Below, in pieces: positions 1-28,070 of a stretch of DNA of 64,000 bases. Below the pieces are notes generated by a model, which was not told where the DNA came from, ran no database searches, and saw only the letters and a program-made list of their open reading frames with translations. The translations under genes were made by a program, and so were the position numbers. Within the stretch, counting starts at the first letter, position 1, and every line of letters starts with the position of its first letter. Source of the stretch: the human T2T-CHM13v2.0 reference genome, Homo sapiens; the NCBI RefSeq assembly GCF_009914755.1, contig NC_060941.1; one strand, written 5' to 3'.

Positions 1-594
1 TAGGAAGGCAAATAAGTGCTTTAATAAGGGAGATAAATACGCATCCCAGAAGGTACTGACTGTGAAATTCAATTTCCGTGTATAGAATGATACATTATGC
101 TAAACGAACTAACATCACATCATAGGTAGTATAAATCTAACGAAATTTTAAGATTAATACTGAGAAATTGGTGAACAAAATCTTAGTTGGGAGTCAATGT
201 TTTAAAGCATCTTAGATTTGGTGGATAAGCAAAATGAAAAGTACTGAATTATCAACTGTTACATGCTTAATTATTCCACTAGCAAACACAACTACCTATA
301 AGTGACTAGGAAATTAAATCCTTTAACACTCAATTATTGAGCATATACTATAAAATGAGCACAGTGCTAGCAGCACTTCTAGGCCATCAGAGACACCCAT
401 ACACACTCTGTATTTCCGTAGCACTTTCTCCTATAGCACTGCAGCACTTAATATACCATAAGCTAATCATTTATAAATGATATGCATATATACTACTTTT
501 GAACATATTATGTGCATTATTAAACATACACAAGTTAGAACTATAAACAGAATTTCTAGTATTTTATTCGCATCCTCTATGAATAGGCTTACAT

Positions 595-922
595 TCTTTG
601 ATACAACTTACAATGAGATTACCTCCCAATAAACCCATCATAAGTTGAAAATATCATTAAGTCAAAAATGTATTTAATACACCAAATTTACTGAACATAA
701 CTTAGCCTACCTTAAACATGCTTAGAACACTTACATTAGCATACTGTTGGACAAAATAACACAGTAATGCATTGAAAATCTCATGTAATTTATTAGTGTA
801 CTGAAATATTAATACTATGGTTATTAATACTAAATATTAATACTTTACTGAAATATGATTTCTACTGAACGCATATAGCTTCTGCACCATCGTAAAGTTA
901 AATTGTAAGTCGGGGATTGTCT
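595..922. mobile_element. MER47A-like Tigger-family DNA transposon relic
   Basis: Matches recalled MER47 consensus segments (cccaataaacccatcataagttgaaaatatc ... gcaccatcgtaaagt ... gtaagtcgggga); boundaries approximate. Confidence 0.7.
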
Positions 923-1224
923 ATATACACTTAGTGGAGATCACTGACCCAAGCTATATGATCCTAGAGAGAGGGGTCTTGGTTATCCATTTCCTTAGTG
1001 CCTAATTCATACCCAGCCTTCAGTAAAAATCTGCTGAATTAATGAGCAAAAGGACATTTTAAAATATGAATCCATAACATAACTTTTTGACACACTATAG
1101 TTCATCACTCAGCTACTAAGAGCAATATAAATGCCAGATTTTAAAGAAAGGGATTAGAAGAAATTCACCCACTGTATTTTATTACTACAATTTAAAAGTT
1201 AAGAATCATTTTAATTCAGCCGAT

Positions 1225-1228
<4 letters not shown>

Positions 1229-1263
<35 letters not shown>
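1229..1263. repeat. (AC)17 microsatellite, read as (UG)n in USP32 pre-mRNA
   Basis: Directly visible perfect dinucleotide run. Confidence 0.97.
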
Positions 1264-1264
<1 letters not shown>

Positions 1265-2199
1265 CGCCTTATAATCCTGTTTCCAGAAAGATGAAAGGAA
1301 GGACAGAGAAGCAGATAAGACAGAAGAATTAAAAAACTGGTGAAGATTTTTAAGATGTCTTAGAGTTCTAAAAGGATCTAAAATGCAACTCATCTTTCAC
1401 CGAACGGTTTTTGAATGCTGTGTTCCAAGCATTTAAAACACGTTTTTAAGAATACACAAGCCACAAACTTAGATGCAACAAGGAGGTGAAATAAAGAGAT
1501 GAAGAATGTGCTGCTCAAATTTCCAGTATCCATGAAGTACAAGTGTACTTCCTTAGAAAACACACGCAATATAAACAAGAGTCAAGGCTTTCCTTGTGTT
1601 TTACTCAAAATATTTAAGAAAGATAGATTCAAGCCAAAAAATAAAAGCTACCAGTAATACATCTCCCTAACAGTGTTTAAATGTACACTTTTAGAAAACG
1701 TTAAGGTTTAGACAACTGACAAACAGTCTAGCTAAAATAGTGTGCAAAAACCAATCTTCCTAATTTCTAGGTGCTTCTAAAATGTAACTGAAGTCACTAG
1801 ACTGCCCTTCCACTCAGGCCCAGTAAGTGTTATCTGTCATTAACATAACACTTCGTTTCCAAGGCCCCGCTTTGCAAGATAAACTGCCTGCAATTCCATG
1901 TTTGTATGTGGTAATATATGCCTATTTTTTTAAATACTACCTGTGTCTAGGCATTATTTAGCATTCAATAATTTTAAGTAAAGCCAAGGAGGCAAGTATT
2001 TCTGTAGTTTTGTCAAGCTTGTTTTGCACACACTGGACTAATGTGTGTTTGTCAAATCCTATCTACCCTTTCCCCCATTCATTTTATACAATATAAACAA
2101 GTAGATGAAACCAATGAATGCAGGTTTTACCAACTGTTTATATTATTCAAGTGCCCAAAAGAGGTTCCAAGACATTTTTAGCTCTATCAAAAGATTCTG

Positions 2200-2544
<345 letters not shown>

Positions 2545-2673
2545 TTACTAAATGGACCATGCTTAAAGAAGGGGGCTTCTGGTTTACATTTAGAAATACA
2601 ATTTTATCAACTTGCTGCTCTCTTTTGCTTTAATTTTCCTCTAAAGCAAACTGGTAAAACATAAATTCATGCC

Positions 2674-3020
<347 letters not shown>

Positions 3021-4549
3021 TCAAATACATGTGTTTTAAAATTCAACAGGCAGACACTGTATAAGAAATTAAACAAAAACCTTCCAGTCAGATCAGTTTA
3101 AAATGCAATTAACTTCATTTGTATTTACAAACGTACCATCTTAGTTTGATAGGAGATTAAGCAGGCTAGAGCTGAATACAAGTTTAATTTTGGAATTTCT
3201 CAATGCCAGGTACATCACTAGTATTCACACCCTCAAACTTAAGAAACACTTCTGAACCTTGAAGCTGTAAATCAGTTTGACTAATGTCCTCTTTCATGCC
3301 ATGTAAGCCATTGCCTAATTGAGGCCAGACCTGTCAGGCTCAACAGCATCCCGGAAATGACTAGCCTACTAGGGCTGGAAACACATCAAGAATTTGGAAT
3401 ATTTCTCATATTGGGGCAGACAAAAAAAGTTCAAATGAGATTGTCCATAAAAACAATTATTATACTGTTCCACAAGGGAAAAAGAAAGAAAGACATAAAA
3501 GGCATATCTGTGTTATTCTGGTAAATCCACCACCACCAATACATCTCAATTCTGTATCTTACTGTCAGGTGATGGTCAACTGAACTTACCCACTTACCCC
3601 TCTTCTTCCTATATACGAACAAGAGTTCACTTCTCAAGCCTCATTTTGAATACCCGTCTTTTAATCTAATTACCATTTTATATCCTTAGCTACTAAAACC
3701 ACCTGGAGCATGGCTGATTTCTTGACTTGGAAACCTGTTAACAATAATGCCTAGCTCCTAATCTTCTTAATGTTTTTTCACTTCTTACCAAGAATATCCA
3801 TTAAATGTCTAAAAGAAATACAAGCATACACAGATCTACACACACTGAAATCCCAGTCATGAAAAATTAAGACATTCCGGCCATAAACTGTGCAACAAGA
3901 CACTTCCAGTTAGTGTGTGCTTTAGTGATCATGGACAGCGGTATCAGAGTGAGTGGTAGGGGGTTGGGGCTGCCAACAATATACTGTGCCTCAGAGCCAA
4001 TAAGCAGCAGGCCGGGACTGGCAGCCAGGCCAGTCTCTAAAGGGAGATTTAACACAATATCTGAATGCTGGACTTCCCAATGCCATTTCATGGAGAGGGA
4101 TGGAGCGAGAACTGGGCATCAAGTGCAGTCAAAGGCTTTGGTCAACGTCGGAGGAGATGAAACCTAAGACAAGGTCTGGTGCCAACGCCAGCTGTCCAGT
4201 CTCATCTCACCTCAAACACAACTTCATTTCAGATCGTTCTTATCAAAGTCAGCCGCTCAAACGGTGAAGGGTGGCAGAAGCGGATGGCCACAGCCCTCAA
4301 GAGACAGGCATAGGCTCTGGGAAAAGGCAGGGACTCCCCAGATACGAAGGGGCTTCCAGTAGCAGAGAGGAGCGCTTTGCAGCCGCCTCCTCGTCCCCTT
4401 CCAGCTAAGGCTGTTAGGAACGAGGTTAGGATGTTATTTGAGGTTTTTATGAAGGAATGATAGGAGAAAATGGCAATGAAGGATGAGGGGGGCTGGATGG
4501 GCTGGAGCCGCCCAAGAAAACGGGGAGAGGACTTCCCTGGACACATCCA

Positions 4550-5530
4550 GGATCACAACGCCACCAGCGAGCACGGGCACTGCCCTGCCAGCGCCGATCC
4601 CCCTCTCTCAGGACAAGCCCCTTTCCAAACGGCCCTAATTCCCAAACGCTGCTTCCCACCCGACCTCTCTCCTCCACCACACTCCCCAAGGCCGGCCGCC
4701 TTTCCCTTCCGCCTCAGGCGCCCCACGCCCTCAATCTCCCCTCTCCCTCCCGGTTACCCACCCTCCAGGCTGCCCGTCGCGGGCCTCCCAGGCAGCTCGC
4801 CCAGACCCCTCCCCCCTCACCTCTCCTCAGCGCCTCCTCGTAGCTGAGGAATCCGATCCGTGACTCCTTGGCACCCATGCTCCCCTCATCCCCTCGGCGG
4901 GGGGTCGGAGCCTGATCTCGCCCCCACCCCCCTCCCGCCTTCTCCTCGGCGTCCCTGGGTGACGGTGACGGTGTCGGCGTCCCCCGCCCCCACCTCCCCC
5001 CACACTAACAAGTGCGGCTTCTGCCCCGGCGGCTCCTCCCGGTCGCCGCCACCGCCTCCATGCCGGATCACGTGACTCTTCCGCCCCGCCCCCTTCCCCT
5101 GCCTCCTACTCCGCCCTTCTCTCTCCTCTCTCTCCTCCCTCTCCTTCCCTCCTCACGCCCTCTTGCCACTTCCGCCCCCTCCCGCCAGCTCCGCCGAGGG
5201 TCACGGGACCCGAGGCCAGACACTGTTCCCGGTAACGGCCGCCCAGGGCCGCACGCTCCGCCCCTCCCCAAGCTAACCGCGCGCAGGAGCGCCGGGGAGG
5301 GGGACGCATCTCCGCACGTAACGCATCGTCCCATCTTCCCGCCAATCGCAGCCGCGCGCCCCGCCCGGGCGCCTCCGCTGGCGACGGGGGGTGGTGACTT
5401 CCGGGGCGCTTGAGGACGACCCCCCCCGCCCCCGCGCCCACATGTTCTGGCGTTCGGCGGGTGGGGTCCGAGCAGCTGACGGTTAGTGTGGCAGTTGCCG
5501 GGACCTAACATGGAAGACCGCAGAATCTTA
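4550..5530 (-). promoter_or_regulatory. USP32: CpG island / USP32 canonical promoter and 5'UTR
   Basis: Very high GC and CpG density around exon 1; GC boxes, CCAAT (5342), ETS-like ACTTCCGG (~5397), E-box TCACGTGA (5068-5075). Confidence 0.9.
4821..4878 (-). CDS. USP32: USP32 (ubiquitin-specific peptidase 32) first coding exon, MGAKESRIGFLSYEEALRR + 1 nt; the rest of the gene lies left of the window
   Basis: ATG at 4878 in strong Kozak context (agcATGG); 58 nt then donor GAG|gtgagg at 4820; translation matches the known USP32 N-terminus. Confidence 0.96.
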
Positions 5531-5889
5531 GGGAATGGGGTTCTGAGGGATGCGGCATATGGCTCAGAAGAGAAAGGAGTGGGTAGGCAGGGAGCTCCCA
5601 ACCTTAGGGACGTCTTTGACTGGGAGGGCGTTGTGAAAGGAAAGGAGAATCTCAAGGCTTTCCTGTGACAAAAGAATGCTCACACCTAGCGGGAGATCCC
5701 TGAGGAAAGTGGACCTTGTTAACGAAGTGGATCTGCCTTTTCGGGTCATCTCGCCTGCCCGGCCCACCTTCTCCTCCTGACCATGCCTCTTGTACACATT
5801 CTCTGGAAAGCGCTGTGCAAAAGGCTTATCCTCTCTCCCAGAGTTTCTCCCCGAGAAACATGAGGGCTACAAGGCTTAGCGTGGAGTCG

Positions 5890-6410
5890 TTTTAATCTGT
5901 GGTAAAATATACGTAACAAAATGTACCATTTTCACAATTTCTAAGTGAGTTCAGTGGCGTTAAGAACATTGATATTGTTTTGCATCCATTGCCACGTCCC
6001 ATTTCCCACCGTTTTTCATCTTGCAAAAGGGAAACTCTGTGCCTATTAAACGGTAACTCCCCAATCCCCCTCCCACTGGTCCGTGGCAACCGCTGTCCTA
6101 CTATCAATTTCACTACTCTTAAGTATTTCCTCTGAGTGGAACTCTGCAGACTTTCTCTTTTGTGACTGGCTTATTTCACTTGGCATCGTGCCTTCCAGGT
6201 TCATGGTGTGGCAGCATGTGACTGACTCTCCCACTCCACCTCTCCATTTCCCAAAGAATGAAAAGCAGGGATGTGAACAGGTATTTGTGCCCCCGTGTTT
6301 ATAGCAGCATTATTCACGAGAGCCAAAAGGTGAACACAACCTATAGGAAACCATAAATGGAGAAACCAAATGGGGTGTATATGTACAGTGGAATTATTAT
6401 TTAGTTCCTT
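5890..6410. mobile_element. Old L1M 3'-end fragments
   Basis: gtgactggcttatttcacttggcat and gtttatagcagcattattcac motifs typical of L1M 3' regions. Confidence 0.6.
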
Positions 6411-6598
6411 GATTTTCAACTCTTATTTAGTTTGCGTCTTCAACCTAAAAGTCACGGAATAAAGCTTCTGGAAAAGGAAGCAATATTGAAAAAGTAACCA
6501 TTTGGATTAGATTGGACCCAAGGTGCCGGTTAGGTAATTTAGGGCCAGGGAAAGGTTATTAGTTCCTAAAACCAACAGATTCTAATATACCCTGCTAG

Positions 6599-7010
<412 letters not shown>

Positions 7011-7494
7011 TGAGGTGGTTAATTTTAAGACCTCAGATTAGCTGCATTACTGAAAGGCCATGAATCAGGGGGTTGGGAATACATTTCAAAGCCTTTAATT
7101 TCCAGGTCATTAGTTCGGTATAGAGAGACATCAGGCAAAACACCTCAGTCATCTTCAGCCTGCAGAGTGCGAGTTCCGAGTTAGATTATCGTAATTAATG
7201 GGAAGTGAATTTTATGAAAGGGCCCAGCTGTGAGGGAGAAAAACCCTCAAGAGTTCAATTGCAACATATACTACTATTATTACTGTCCTAAACCGTCAGT
7301 ACCTACAGATGGCCTTGCTATACAAGGGATAGGCTTGGGTATTTATCTACCCACTTGATTTGCAGTGGAGTTGGGAGCAAATTAATGTATCTCTTTGTGG
7401 CACTTGCCCCACTTGAAAGACAGGACTAGAGTTGCAGTTTAGCTGCTTTCATGAGATGGTAAATGATTTACAAAATACTCAGGAATTAATAGAA

Positions 7495-8123
<629 letters not shown>

Positions 8124-9005
8124 TGAACTTATTGTAAAGTAAGATTTACAGCAGTACTAACATGAACTTTTAAGATTTCCTCTTTAAGTTTCAGGCCTGG
8201 CATCCCCTAAGGTCATAAAAATTTCCACTCCATGGATTAAGCACTTCTAAAAATTGTGAGTTGAGATAGCAGATTAAGAAATACTATTTCTCCTTTGTCT
8301 GAGTTAAATTAAGCATATTATTGTAGCCAGTGAAGCAGATAGTTGTGTCTGATGGGAATTTTAAGTGTTAAACCCAGATTAAAACCTGCATTTTGGTTTG
8401 TATTACACAGTAGCAGGGAGTCAAATGTTAAACATCCCTCTAAAACTTAAAATTGATGCAGTACTTAAGTCTAATAACGTAGAAAGTCTGAAGTCTGCTT
8501 GTCATGCTGAAAGGAATTCTATTAATCGTTTAGTTTGTTCAATTTCATTATAATTAACTTAATCCATTGAAGAGTTGGCCAGCCACCTCACTTTTAAGTA
8601 GTCAGTTGTACTTAGGAAACCATTGCTTTAACTATAATTACATGCCTGCAAAAGGGTTATCCATATAAAGATTTAAAGCACAGGAGATTGGCATGTAATT
8701 TCTACTTCCAGTTGGGCAACAGAAATGACAAGTGTTTTCCCCAGTCTGTACTCACAGAGAAATGACATAAGAATAGGACAGTCATTTTAGTACTTGCCAA
8801 AGAACCTTAGGTAAGCTAGAGAGAGGGAGGTCAATACAATAGAAGTGGAAAAGCACCTAATTTATGTATAACTTCATTGCTACAACGTGACACCAACACA
8901 TTAAGAGAATTGATTTTTCAGTATTATGGACTTGTTACCTTACAGTCAAACAATATGAGGATGTGGTCACGTGTATTGTATTTTTATGTACACTAAAGCA
9001 CTTGA

Positions 9006-13675
<4,670 letters not shown>

Positions 13676-13677
13676 CA

Positions 13678-17020
<3,343 letters not shown>

Positions 17021-17808
17021 ATATGCGCACACACACATATTTCTGGGGATTACTTCCCATCCCTTGAGCTTGGGCGGAACTGTATGACTGCTTAAATGAT
17101 GGAATGTAGCAGAAGTGATACTGTTACATTTGAGGCTAGGTTTTAGAGAGAGAGGTGGGGGAGAGGGAGAGAGAATGCAAATAATAAAGCAAATTGAGCA
17201 GATGTTAATAGGTGAATCTGAATAAAGGGTATATGCAAGTGTTCTTTGTGCTATTCTTGTGTTTGCAACTTTTCTGTAAGCTTGAAATTATTTCCAAATA
17301 AAAAGTTTTTTTTTAATGTGATGCACATGGAAGAGGTCCTGAGCTTTAAATATTTTGATATTTTTAATTCCAGGGCAAATCCCAACTTGATTTTTATACC
17401 AAACCTTTAGTTCCTCCTTTGCCCAGATTTCTACAAGAAGACAATCTCGTTTCCTAAAAGAACTAGTTCTAGGAGAAACCGTCTTTGAGAGAGGAGATTT
17501 GGCATAATGAGACTCAACTTTTCAATTATCTTTGTATGACCTACTACACTAAAGGCATCTTGAAGCTATGTATGGTTTATAGGGAAATTGTAGAAGAGTG
17601 CACCTCAGCCTCCTTGGAACAAAAGAGACTGGGATTAGCTGCCTTGAAGAACCATCATTGTGTTCCCAGAGTTCAAATTCTAAAAATAGTGGCTGCTGAG
17701 AAACAACCTTCTCATCTTTCCTGTATGAAAAGGACACTTAAATAGAAGGCTGGTCTTTTTACTTAACAGTGTCACAATCTCCAAACAACCAAGGAGTAAT
17801 CACTACTA

Positions 17809-19780
<1,972 letters not shown>

Positions 19781-20571
19781 AACTCCATTTTGTAAGGTTG
19801 ATCAGTTGCTCAAAGACTGACATGCTAATCAAATTTCAGTGAAACAGAGGACTTTTGTTTCTGATCATGATGGAGTTAAAAGGGACCAGATTAACCCTTC
19901 TGCCATACACACCTAGGAAGCTAGACAAAACATACAGAACAACCGTTTTCAGATGTTGGACAATTGGCAGTGCAGAACTGACGTCATTGAGATAAAGAAA
20001 ACAAATGAGGTAAATTCTGTGATTTTCCTAGCTTTTTGCCTAGGGGTGCAATCTGGATCATAAAATCAGAATGTGGCAATCTCACTGAGGACGCACAGAT
20101 TGGAGTTCATGGAACCTGAGGCAGCTGTGGAAGTTGCTGTGCAAAATTCCAAAAAGGAAGAAGGTATGCAAAAACCTTCAGAAATTTGCATAGGATCTTG
20201 AGTTTTTTCTGAATATTAAGGTAGCCATAAGTAGAGCTAAGTTCCAGGAGACTGAGCAAAGAACAATTGAAGAGATGTAACTGAACAATTCCCAGAGCTA
20301 GGAAACATACAAATTATGACCAATTGGAGTAGAAATAACTTAGTGACCTCCCAAGATGTTCAGGAGAGACTGCAGCAGAGGTAAACCTTACTAAAAGGTC
20401 TAAACTAGGTCTAGAGTAAAGTACACGCTAGAACTGCTTAATGAAGCTTAAAAACTAGCCTCAAAAACATCAAACTAATCCAAAAGTAAGTTAACAATCT
20501 GGTACAACAAAGACCTATACTCTTTAAGGGAAGACTACAAAATACAGACATTCAACAATGTGACATCCACA

Positions 20572-22378
<1,807 letters not shown>

Positions 22379-22501
22379 AAATGAAAAATTCAACATGGCA
22401 GCTGGCTTACCCCAGAGCAAGCAATCAGAGGGAAAAAAAGAGGGTTACCTAATGCATTAGTTTTCTATTGCAGTAAAAAATTACCACAAGCTTAGTGGCT
22501 C

Positions 22502-23326
22502 TGAAACCACCCTTGCAAAAATTACAAGTGAGATAAATCTGACATAGAAAAAGTATGATAGTGAAAAAAAGTCTGACCTAACTGACTCCATTTTGCTTCT
22601 AACCTCAAAGCCACCCTTGTTCATTTCCCAGCATAGGCCAAACTAACTATGGGAGGAATTTATAGTTTGAAAGAGGGGTGTCCAATCTTTTGGCTTCCCT
22701 GGGTCACATTGGAAGAGGAAGAATTGTCTTGGACCACACATAAAATACACTAACACTAATGATAGCTCATAAGCTTAAAAAAATCACAAAAAAACCCTCA
22801 ATATTTTAAGAAAGTTTATGAATTTGTGTTGGACCACATTCAAAGCTGTCCTGGATGGTATGCAGCCCATGGGTCAAGGGTTGGACAAGCTTGGTTTAAA
22901 ACAAAGATGAAAATAGCCCCTTCCCAAAACTAACAATCTCCTTGTTCAGCGACTAAAACTGCCTTTGAAAAACTAACAAACTAGCTACAAAGTTAAAATT
23001 ATGGTTCAGAAGTCTTGTAGCCAGAGGGCACAAGATTTGTAATCTCCCCAGTTGCTCCTATAGATAACATCACTATTGTAAAATCTAAGATTGATGTTTG
23101 AGGTATTTTCCAGACCCTGCATTCTGATGGGCTATCTGGTCTTGTAACCCCCAGCAACACATAGGAAGAAACTGGCTCATCTGGTCTTGTAACCTCCACC
23201 CAGAAACTGACTCAGTGCAGGAAGACAGCTTTGACCCCCTATGATTTCATCCCTGACCCAACCAATCAGCATACCCCATTCCCTAGTCTCCTGCCCTCCA
23301 AACTATCCTTTAAAAACCCTAGCCTC
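22502..23326 (+). mobile_element. LTR8-like ERV1 LTR with nested MER30 hAT transposon (~22673-22893)
   Basis: tgaaaccacccttgcaaaaatt ... gactccattttgcttctaacctc; MER30 ends ggggtgtccaatcttttggcttcc ... gggttggacaagcttg with near-identical 8-bp flanks gtttgaaa/gtttaaaa. Confidence 0.7.
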
Positions 23327-24266
23327 GGTGGGCGCGGTGGCTCATGCCTGTAATCCCAGCACTTTGGGAGGCTGAGGCGGGCAGATCACAAGGTCAGGAG
23401 ATTGAGACCATCTTGGCTAACACGGTGAAACCCTGTCTCTACTAAAAATACAAAAAATTAGCTGGGCGTGGTGGCAGGCACCTGTAGTCCCAGCTACTCA
23501 GGAGGCTGAGGCAGGAGAATGGTGTGAACCTGGGAGGCGGAGCTTGCAGTGAGCCGAGATTGCACCACTGCACGCCAGCCTGGGCCACAGAGTGAAACAC
23601 TGTCTCAAAAAATAAATAAAGAAAGAAAGAACTAGAGAAGCAAGAGCAAACAAAAACAAATGCAGTCTATACTATATAATGCTATATAAATCACAAGAGT
23701 CAAAAGCACATAACATAGGTTAGAAATAGAAACTGTCGGCTGGGTGCGGTGGCTCACGCCTATAATCTCAGCACTTTGGGAGGCTGAGGTGGGGGGATCA
23801 CAAGGTCAAGAGATTGAGACCATCCTAGCCAACATGGTGAAGCCCCGTTTCTACTAAAAATACAAAAATTAGCCAGGCATGGTGGCACGTGCCTGTAGTC
23901 CCAGCTACTTAGGAGACCAGCCTGGACAACATAATGAGACCTTCACCTCTACAAAAAAAAAAAAGTTTTTAAAGTTAGCCAGCCAGGCCAGGCACGGTGG
24001 CTCACACCTGTAATCTCAGCACTTTGGGAGGCCGAGGCAGGCGGATCACCTGAGGTTGGGAGTTCAAGACCAGCCTGACCAACATGGAGAAACCCTGTCT
24101 CTGCTAAAAATACAAAATTAGCAGAGCATGGTGCATGCCTGTAATCCCAGCTATTTGGGGGCTGAGGCAGGAGAATCGCTTGAACCCAGGAGGTGGAGGT
24201 TGCGGTGAGCCGAGATTGCCCGATTGCACTCCAGCCTGGGCAATAAAAGCAAAACTGTCTCAAAAA

Positions 24267-24303
<37 letters not shown>

Positions 24304-25490
24304 AGCCAGCCATGGTGGTGCATGCCTGCAGTCCCAGCTACTCAGGAGGCTGAGGTGGGAGGATCACTTGAGCCCAGGAGTCAAGGCTTCAGTTTGAGCC
24401 GTGATTGTACCATTACACTCTAGCCTCGGTGACAAAGTGAGAGTCTGTCACTATTTTTTAAATTTAATTTTAATTTGTATTTATTTATTTGTTTTAGAGA
24501 GAGAGGTCTCACTATGTTCCCCTGGCTGGTCTCAAACTAATGGGCTCAAGTGATCCTCCCACCTCAGCCTCCAGAGTAGCTGAGATTACAGGCATGCACC
24601 ACCATGTACAGCTCCTATTCTACTTTCTGTCTCTATGAATTTGCCTATTTTAGATATTTCATATAAGTGGAATTATATATTTGTTCATTTGTGTCTCGCT
24701 TATTTCACTTAGTAGAGTTTTTAAGATTCATTTATGTTGTAGTATATATGAGGATTTCATTCTTTCTGTGGTTGAATAATATTCTATTGCATGCATATAC
24801 CACATTTTTTTATCCATTCATCTATTGATGGACACTTGGGTTGTTTCCACTTTTTGGCTATTGTGAACAATGCTGCTGTGAACATTGGTATATAAGTATC
24901 TGTTTGAGTCCCTGCATTCAATATAATTTAATATTTAATAATGCTTCTGTTTAGCAAACAGCTGGCAAAATTGCAAAAACTTAATAATCAGCTCTGATGA
25001 GCCTGTTAGAGCCAGCTCTAGCACAATATCAGAGAATCTGTAATTTACCTGACTGGACCCAACAAGCCCAACTTGGAATTCAAGCTCACCACACCGGTAT
25101 TTTCCAAATTTGCCCGATGATGATAATTGCCTAGGATATTTATGAAAATACTGATCCCCAAGCCAGGTGTGGTGGCTCATGCCTATAATCCCAGCACTTT
25201 GGGAGGCCAAGACAGAGAAGATTGCTTGAGCCCAGGAGTTTGAGACCAGCCTGGGCAACATGGTGAAATCCCATCTCTACAAAAAATACAAAAATTGGCC
25301 GGGTATGTGATGTGAACCTGTAGTCCCAGCTACTAGTGGGGAATGGGGGCGGTGGGGCGGGGGAGCAGGTGGCTGAGGCAGGAAGATCACCTGAGTCTGA
25401 GAGGTCAAGGCTTCAGTGAGCTATGATTGCACCACTGCACTCCAGCTTGGGTGACAGAGTGATACCCTGTTTCAAAAAAAAAAAAAAAAA
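23327..25490. mobile_element. Nested Alu cluster (~23327-23620, ~23738-24430 nested, ~24480-24612, ~25160-25490) plus L1M fragment ~24615-24920
   Basis: Alu consensus; L1M 3'-end text in antisense. Confidence 0.82.
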
Positions 25491-26181
25491 TAGTGATTTC
25501 CAGACCCTCTTGGGACATTCTGATTCTGAAGATCTAAGGCAAGGTGATTTTTCTGTCTGAAAAACTCTAATATTAGTCCCCAGTCTCACCAAATCTGGGC
25601 CTGAAGGGAGGGAGTGGGGTACAAATACGGTGCCCTGGAAGAAAGGTGGTGAGAGTGAGTCCTTTGGGGAGAAATTGCTGCAAAATTTGAGATGCATTTT
25701 TTTCCTCTCCAAAATCATTCCCAGCTCCAACATTCATTGACATTCATTCAGTTCTCTCCTGCTTATCTCCCTGAATTCTGTCTTAGCAAAGAAAACCTTC
25801 CAGAAAGAGCCAAGAGGAAATCATTAGGCCCCAGCAATTTTGACAAGATCACAGACGCTTGCATATCATTAGACTATTTAGAAACACGCTCTAAAGTTCC
25901 GAGGTTGCCATTCTGCAGTGTTATTTTGATACCCTGACAAGATATTTTTAGAGCACATGAAGCCCAAATTAAAACATTGCTACAGGAAAAAAAAAGTGAA
26001 ATCCAACCAGGGGTCTATTAAATGGAAAACTACAGTAAATATCAGATAAGAGTGAAGAAAATAGTACAAAACATTTTTGAAAACTATTTTGGGAGAAGCA
26101 GGAGTTGGAGAGATGCTCATGACTTATGTGCAGAGATGTGTTCTGTATCCTGCCAGTGGGGGAGGGAAAGACCTTATCCCT

Positions 26182-28070
<1,889 letters not shown>

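Noticed and set aside
4229-5797. Long Pro/Gly/Arg-rich ORFs on both strands (e.g. 5068-5655, 5012-5413)
   Set aside because: Stop-codon scarcity in a GC-rich CpG island; the real coding portion is only 4821-4878
19979-19986. Perfect CRE palindrome TGACGTCA
   Set aside because: Isolated 8-mer in old repeat-like DNA, far from any promoter; expected by chance
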